In this document: positions 61,633 to 64,000 of the stretch, one piece after another
Layout of the letters: the number at the start of each line of letters is the position of its first letter
How positions within the stretch are numbered: the stretch's first letter is position 1
Assembly (NCBI GenBank): GCA_052386675.1
Contig: JBQTJX010000014.1
Coordinates: 18,120 to 82,119 of the forward strand
DNA length: 64,000 nt
Direction of reading: 5' to 3'
Origin: Betaproteobacteria bacterium
GTDB taxonomy: Bacteria > Pseudomonadota > Gammaproteobacteria > Burkholderiales > SG8-39
Position numbers and translations under genes: made by a program
Notes under the pieces: generated by a model
Databases searched by the model: none
What the model was told of the DNA's origin: nothing
Seen by the model: only the letters and a program-made list of their open reading frames with translations

Positions 61633-62610
61633 GTGGACATCTTCGTCCAGCAGATGGTGAACGGGCTGACCCTGGGCGCGGTATACGCCGTGGTCGCGCT
61701 CGGCTACACCATGGTGTACGGCATCATCCAGCTGATCAACTTCGCGCACGGCGAGGTGGTGATGATCGGCGCCATGGTCGCCTTCACCATCATCAACCTG
61801 CTCGCCGCCGGCGGCCTGCCGCCGCTTGCGGTGGTGCTGATCGGAACCGCCTGCGCCGTCCCGGTGTGCATGCTGGTGGGCTACGGCATGGAGAAGCTCG
61901 CCTACCGGCCGCTGCGCCGCGCGCCGCGCCTGGCGCCCCTGATCACCGCCATCGGCGTGTCCATCATCCTGCAGCACCTGGCGATGCTGGTGTGGAGCCG
62001 CAATGTCCTCGCCTTTCCACAAATAATTCCGCTGAAGACATTCCACTTCTTCGGCGCCACGGTGACCGGGGTGCAGCTCACCATCCTCGGCCTGTGCTTC
62101 TCGCTGATGGCCGGCCTCGCGCTGCTCGTTTACCGCACGCGCCTTGGCACCGCCATGCGCGCCACGGCACAGAACCCGCAGGTGGCCGGGTTGATGGGCG
62201 TGGACATCAATCGCATCATCGCCTCCACCTTCGTGATTGGCGCCGCGCTCGCCGCAGTGGCCGGGGTCATGGTCGGCACCTACTACGGCGTGGCGCAGTA
62301 CACCATGGGCTCCATCCTCGGCCTCAAGGCGTTCGCCGCGGCGGTGCTGGGCGGCATCGGCAACGTGCCCGGCGCGATGGTGGGCGGGTTGGTGCTCGGC
62401 GTGGTGGAGGCGCTGGGTGCGGGCTACATCGGCGAGCTCACGGACTTGTGCCGGTACGGCCTGGGTCCCGCCGAAAAATGCGCCGACGGCGGCCACTTCA
62501 TCCTGTTCGGCTCCAATTACCAGGACGTGTTCGCGTTCGTGGTGCTGATCCTGGTGCTGGTGTTCCGGCCCTCCGGGTTGCTCGGCGAGCGGGTGGGGGA
62601 CCGTGCATGA
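61633..62610 (+). CDS. livH: Branched-chain amino acid ABC transporter permease LivH
   Basis: GTG start. MDIFVQQMVNGLTLGAVYAVVALGYTMVYGIIQLINFAHGE. 325 aa. Confidence 0.92.
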   Translation: MDIFVQQMVNGLTLGAVYAVVALGYTMVYGIIQLINFAHGEVVMIGAMVAFTIINLLAAGGLPPLAVVLIGTACAVPVCMLVGYGMEKLAYRPLRRAPRLAPLITAIGVSIILQHLAMLVWSRNVLAFPQIIPLKTFHFFGATVTGVQLTILGLCFSLMAGLALLVYRTRLGTAMRATAQNPQVAGLMGVDINRIIASTFVIGAALAAVAGVMVGTYYGVAQYTMGSILGLKAFAAAVLGGIGNVPGAMVGGLVLGVVEALGAGYIGELTDLCRYGLGPAEKCADGGHFILFGSNYQDVFAFVVLILVLVFRPSGLLGERVGDRA

Positions 62611-63674
62611 CTACGGCGGTTGCGACGCCGCGCCGGATCTGGATCGCGACCGCGCTGGTTGCGTTGGCGCTGATCGCGCTGCCGTTTGCGCTGTCCTATG
62701 CCGGCACCGCCTGGGTGCGGATCGCGAACTTCGCCGTGCTCTACGTGCTGCTCGCGCTCGGCCTGAACATCGTGGTCGGCTTCGCGGGTCTGCTCGATCT
62801 GGGTTACATCGCGTTCTACGCCGTGGGCGCCTACGCCTATGCGCTGCTCGCTTCGCCGCATTTCGGCCTGCACCTGCCGTTCTGGGTCATCCTGCCCATA
62901 GGCGCGGCGCTCGCGGCGCTGTTCGGCGTCATGCTGGGCGCGCCGACGCTGAAGCTGCGCGGCGACTACCTCGCCATCGTCACCCTGGGATTCGGCGAAA
63001 TCGTGCGGATTTCCCTGAACAACCTTTCGCAACCGGTGAACATCACCCGCGGACCGCAGGGCATCGCGCAGATCGACCCGTTTCGCGCCGGGGGCTTCGA
63101 TTTCTCGAGCACCGACACCGTGCTGGGGGTCGCGATCAGCGGACCGATGAAGTACTACTGGCTGCTGGTGGCGGTGGCGGTGGTGATCATCGTCATAAAC
63201 ATCCGGCTGCAGAACTCGCGCATCGGTCGCGCCTGGGAGGCGGTGCGGGAGGACGAGATCGCGGCGCGCGCCATGGGCATTGACACCACCGCGGTCAAGC
63301 TGCTCGCCTTCGCCATGGGCGCTTCCTTCGGTGGCATTGCCGGGGGCATGTTCGCCGCCATCCAGGGGTTCATCTCGCCCGAGAGCTTCGTGCTGGTGGA
63401 ATCGGTGCTGATCGTCTCGATGGTGGTGCTGGGCGGCATGGGCAACATCTGGGGCGTGATCCTGGGCGCGGTGCTGCTGTCCTTCGTGCCGGAGATCCTG
63501 CGCTACACCGTGACGCCGCTGCAGAACGCCCTGTTCGGCAGGATCGTGGTCGAGCCGGAGGTGATCCGGATGCTCATTTTCGGCCTCGCGCTGGTGCTGG
63601 TCATGCTCTACCGCCCGGCGGGCCTGCTGCCCTCGGCGGTGCGCAAGCGGGAACTGGCAGGGGAGACGCAGTGA
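62607..63674 (+). CDS. livM: Branched-chain amino acid ABC transporter permease LivM
   Basis: ATG 62607 overlaps the livH stop (ATGA). Motifs LLDLGYIAFYAVGAYAYALL and GDYLAIVTLGFGEIVR. The upstream part of the track ORF runs out of frame over livH. Confidence 0.92.
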   Translation: MTTAVATPRRIWIATALVALALIALPFALSYAGTAWVRIANFAVLYVLLALGLNIVVGFAGLLDLGYIAFYAVGAYAYALLASPHFGLHLPFWVILPIGAALAALFGVMLGAPTLKLRGDYLAIVTLGFGEIVRISLNNLSQPVNITRGPQGIAQIDPFRAGGFDFSSTDTVLGVAISGPMKYYWLLVAVAVVIIVINIRLQNSRIGRAWEAVREDEIAARAMGIDTTAVKLLAFAMGASFGGIAGGMFAAIQGFISPESFVLVESVLIVSMVVLGGMGNIWGVILGAVLLSFVPEILRYTVTPLQNALFGRIVVEPEVIRMLIFGLALVLVMLYRPAGLLPSAVRKRELAGETQ

Positions 63675-64000
63675 CGGCATTGCTGGAGGCGACCGGCATC
63701 GGCAAGCGTTTCGGCGGCGTGCAGGCGCTCTCCGGGGTGTCGTTCGCCATCGCGCGGGGCGAGATCTACGGTCTTATCGGCCCCAACGGCGCAGGCAAGA
63801 CGACGTTGTTCAACGTGCTGACGGGCATCTACATGCCGGATGCGGGCAGTTTCACGTTCGACGGCGACCCGCTGGCCGGATTGCCTCCGCATCGGGTCGC
63901 CGCGGCCGGCATCGCGCGCACCTTCCAGAACATACGCCTGTTCGCCAACTTGTCGGCGCTGGAGAACGTGATGATCGGCCGCCACGTGCGTACGCGCGCC
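63671..64000 (+). CDS. livG: Branched-chain amino acid ABC transporter ATP-binding protein LivG (3' truncated by window edge)
   Basis: Hand translation from GTG 63671, which overlaps the livM stop: MTALLEATGIGKRFGGVQALSGVSFAIARGEIYGLIGPNGAGKTTLFNVLTG... (Walker A). Open to the window end. Confidence 0.9.
   Translation, partial: MTALLEATGIGKRFGGVQALSGVSFAIARGEIYGLIGPNGAGKTTLFNVLTGIYMPDAGSFTFDGDPLAGLPPHRVAAAGIARTFQNIRLFANLSALENVMIGRHVRTRA

Noticed and set aside
55854-63680. Long minus-strand ORFs antisense to ilvD (55854-57572), livK (60248-61585) and livM (62517-63680)
   Set aside because: Same reasoning: the sense genes have clear family motifs, and the antisense products are Arg/Gly/Ala/His-rich with no domains.

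Overview
High-GC (about 65-70% by hand counts) proteobacterial chromosome segment covering the replication-origin neighbourhood. The order dnaA-dnaN-gyrB without recF, plus a Bug/TctC-family binding protein, suggests a betaproteobacterium (inference only). Layout: dprA (5' truncated) and topB; gyrB-dnaN-dnaA on the minus strand; rpmH-rnpA-yidD-yidC-mnmE on the plus strand. About 6.6 kb of non-canonical DNA follows: a 2.16-kb IS1595-family element with cargo, an AbrB-duplication membrane protein, pckG and an MFS transporter. Then come mnmG-rsmG-parA-parB-atpIBEFHAGDC. Downstream lie an orphan type I secretion ABC/adaptor pair, a GST, and the 'proteobacterial dedicated sortase system' (class GN sortase, VIT-vWA target, response regulator, histidine kinase), packed tightly against glpD-HAD-TauE. 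Further on: a Dabb protein, an EF-hand/BON periplasmic protein, and a probable catabolic cluster (family III CoA-transferase, Bug binding protein, enoyl-CoA hydratase, class V aminotransferase, GntR regulator, FAD/Fe-S oxidase). The window ends with a REC-PAS-GAF-GGDEF-EAL protein, an AEC transporter, a histidine phosphatase, lgt, ilvD, DUF924, an FkbM methyltransferase, cytochrome c and a liv-type ABC transporter (livG truncated at the window end). I saw no rRNA, tRNA or CRISPR. Most of the window is conserved core genome, and the many long antisense ORFs in the track are high-GC shadows. The best candidate for something undescribed is the cargo of the IS element (12665-14821). It is a low-GC 276-aa protein of unknown family with an Rx4H motif and an N-x-DKHR motif, followed by a 38-codon lysine-rich ORF, and both sit inside 39-bp inverted repeats. 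Secondary points are two parS sites plus a DnaA box upstream of mnmG, an AT-rich DnaA-box-bearing dnaA-dnaN spacer, a variant sorting signal (LPRGAT) in the sortase target, and an orphan T1SS. All calls rest on reading the sequence and recalled family motifs; no database search was run.
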